Origin: Phaeosaccion multiseriatum | Taxonomy: Eukaryota > Protista > Ochrophyta, other classes | NCBI GenBank assembly: GCA_965112735.1 | Contig: OZ218951.1 | Coordinates: 248,001 to 312,000, forward strand | DNA length: 64,000 nucleotides | Direction: 5' to 3' | Shown here: in pieces, positions 61,650-64,000 of the stretch | How the letters are laid out: every line of letters starts with the position of its first letter | How positions within the stretch are numbered: the first letter of the stretch is position 1 | The notes under the pieces: generated by a model | Databases searched by the model: none | What the model was told of the DNA's origin: nothing | The model's input: only the letters and a program-made list of their open reading frames with translations | Program-made: the position numbers and the translations under genes

Positions 61650-62738
61650 TCAGTCCTGGCAGTCGCAGGGGTGTCCGTTCACGTGCACCCACTGCTTGAT
61701 CTCCTCAAACGTGTCAGCACTAATGCCCCACTCCTCGTCCTGATCGTGAAAGTCTTCGTATATCCCTTCGTCCCTGATGCATTGTGGACACGAGCCGGCG
61801 TCCCACGCGCACTGCACCTCCTCTGACCGAAGCCACTTGAGTGTTGCCAGGCTCTCGGCGTGCATGACTGCAGATAAACAGACCCCCTCATCCCAGTCGC
61901 AGAGGTCGCGAGCATTGGCGTGGAGGAGCTGCAGCACCCCAAGGTGGCCCTCTTCGGCCGCCCGCAAAGTCCCCCATCCCCACTGTTCGTCAGCATTCTC
62001 TTCGAGCAAAGCTCTCGTGCGAGGATGATTGAGCAGGTACTCCACCACGGCGACGTTACCCCCCTTGCAAGCGTACAACCAGCTGTGACTGGTAAATGGA
62101 GCATTGCCTCCTTCTTCCGAAATCAGCCACTTTAGCATCTCAAGGTTGCCTGCTCTTCCAGCGTACCCGCAGATTCTTTCACTCCAGCACCTCTCCTTCC
62201 CAGGAAGATCTTGGGATAGAAGCCACTGGAGAACACTCAGGCCATGCTGCCGATTGAAAACCGTCTTCCTCCACGCCCGTGTATCCCAGGCACACCCCTC
62301 TTCATGGAGGGCCTTGCACACCTCGACATCCCCGTGTTTGGCAGCGGTCTTGAACGTCTCCTCATTGAGCTTGCACCCGAAGCGCTTCGCCCAGTGCACA
62401 TGCGCGGCAGACTCCACCACGCACCTCCTGGACGTTCTCTTGGCGGAGTGTGCACGTCTGTAGTGGTCCTTCCACTCCTTGCTCACCGTCGCAATGAAGG
62501 CATCATGGCTCTCGCCAATATAGCTCATGACTCTGCTGAGTATCAGAGCCTGCGCTAATGCCTTCTCACAGGCCTCAAAGGCGGGCACAGCTCCGGCACG
62601 TGCACAACTGCTCCTTCCTCTTCTCCTCTTTGTCCCGCCGCCGCTGCTGCTGCTCCCTGGCCCTAACCCTATCCCGGACCCTAACGCGAGCCGTAGCCCT
62701 AACCACAGCCCTGACTCGAACCCATCCTCGTCATTCAT
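61650..62738 (-). CDS. Intronless ankyrin-repeat protein with a possible N-terminal F-box-like motif
   Basis: 362-aa ORF with repeats AAKHGDVEVCKAL.EEGCAWD, AGRAGNLEMLKWL, ACKGGNVAVVEYL, AAEEGHLGVLQLL; ILSRVMSYI...VSKEW. Confidence 0.8.
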   Translation of the reverse strand: MNDEDGFESGLWLGLRLALGSGIGLGPGSSSSGGGTKRRRGRSSCARAGAVPAFEACEKALAQALILSRVMSYIGESHDAFIATVSKEWKDHYRRAHSAKRTSRRCVVESAAHVHWAKRFGCKLNEETFKTAAKHGDVEVCKALHEEGCAWDTRAWRKTVFNRQHGLSVLQWLLSQDLPGKERCWSERICGYAGRAGNLEMLKWLISEEGGNAPFTSHSWLYACKGGNVAVVEYLLNHPRTRALLEENADEQWGWGTLRAAEEGHLGVLQLLHANARDLCDWDEGVCLSAVMHAESLATLKWLRSEEVQCAWDAGSCPQCIRDEGIYEDFHDQDEEWGISADTFEEIKQWVHVNGHPCDCQD

Positions 62739-62967
62739 TTTTCTCTCCCTTTACCCTTTATGAAATCAACCATACGTGAGTGTTGGGTGCTCCGTGTAGG
62801 TTGAAGGAAAAAAAACCGAAATTTTTTCTTTTTTTTCTTCGAAGTAGCGTAGACTGCCTCCCTGCTTGCCTCCCTGCTTGCCTCCCTGCCTGGGGCACTC
62901 TACTCCATGGAGCACTCCTCCGACGCAAGCGCTCTTCAGGCCTCTTTCCTCCAAAGTAAGCACTCTA

Positions 62968-63170
62968 AGCTAAGCACCACTCCTCAGGCATATGGATAGG
63001 GCTAAGCACCACTCCTCAGGCATATGGATAGGGCGCTCATGAGGCCTAAGCACTCCCCAGCCTCCTAGGTACTCCTCAGGCATTCATGGAGCAATCAATC
63101 AAGCAAGCACTCCTCAGGCCTACTAGGTACTCCTCAGGCATTGATGGAGTAAGCAAGCACTCCTCAGGCC
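62968..63170. repeat. Imperfect short repeats of (C/T)ACTCCTCAGGC(A/C) at the RFC2 3' end
   Basis: About six copies, including a 31-bp direct duplication CTAAGCACCACTCCTCAGGCATATGGATAGG. Confidence 0.7.
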
Positions 63171-63958
63171 TTGTGCAGCCCCATGGCCCCGGCCTTGGTG
63201 CAGAGCCGCCCGCACATGCCCAGCAGCTGAGGAAGGGAGGGAGGGAGGGAGGAGGAGGAGGAGGAGGAGGAGGAGGAGGAGGAGGAAGGGGAATCAGGAC
63301 GGGTGGGGGTGGAGCGTGTCCAGCGAGGGAGGGCAGGGAGAGGCAGAGACACGGGAGAGTGAGTACAGGTAGGAGGGGCGGGGGGAGAAGCTTAGTACCA
63401 TGCATTGAACAATGACCGAGGCCCAAGCGCTTAGAATACAGGCAGTAGAAAGTGGCCCCACGAGTCCACCCACGCGCCCACGCGCGCACGCACGCACGCA
63501 CCTGCAAGAGGGAGTTGCACCCGTCCGCTATCCGCATGTGTGTAAAGCCCACCTCCTTAAGGAACTCGAGCTTCGGCTCCTCGCCAACCTGTGAGCACAC
63601 ACGGTGGCGGTGCACCAACACAGACGGAGGAGGGAGGGGAGGAGTGGAGGAGGGGAGCAGGGGAGAAGTGGAGGAGGGGAGCAGGGGAGGACGACTCCAC
63701 TGAGGTGCGCGGCAAGCAGTGGCAGCAACAACAGAAAGTAACGGACCGGGCCAGCCGACCACACCCTTCCCTTGCTTTGCTTGGGCACCCCTCCCCCCCC
63801 CCCAAAGATACACGAACCTGCAGCATGTTTTTGGCCACCTTAAAGACGGTGCCTATGATGTCGTTGCTGCTGTAGCCCGTGTCGTACAGGGATCGCATCG
63901 TTTCCTGCGCCAGGGCCATGTCTCCAGATGCACATGCCGTCAGGATCTTTAGCACCGT
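63164..63958 (-). CDS. RFC2: Replication factor C small subunit (human RFC2 / yeast Rfc4 type), 3' exons; gene continues beyond the window
   Basis: Exons ~63818-63958, 63502-63588 and 63164-63226 give LYDTGYSSNDIIGTVFKVAK...[33 protein letters not shown], matching the RFC2 C-terminus as I recall it. Confidence 0.88.
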
Positions 63959-64000
63959 CTGAGTAGGGGGCAGTGGGTGGACAGGAGGGGATGGGGAGGG

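Overview
GC-rich eukaryotic genomic DNA with GT-AG introns and many microsatellites, probably from an alga or protist (the host is inferred and cannot be fixed from the sequence). The main feature is a ~22 kb, 13-exon minus-strand gene (8799-30696). By manual splicing it gives one open frame of 19,473 nt (~6,490 aa) encoding a hybrid megasynthase: FAAL-ACP-KS-ACP-KS-AT-KR-ACP-KS-DH-ER-KR-ACP-C-A-PCP. It ends in a membrane-embedded, triple beta-helix domain resembling the C-terminus of epsilon-poly-L-lysine synthetase (Pls), with no TE or reductase. This gene, a decayed RLE-type non-LTR retrotransposon and nested repeat elements lie in a ~27.6 kb block bracketed by two direct copies of the 3' end of the neighbouring DEAH helicase gene. 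The other genes are a partial low-complexity gene, a small 4-TM protein, a DHX57/Ucp12-like RNA helicase, an Enhancer-of-polycomb-like protein with a C-terminal Myb domain, an intronless ankyrin-repeat protein and the 3' end of RFC2. All exon and domain assignments were made by eye; no database searches were run.
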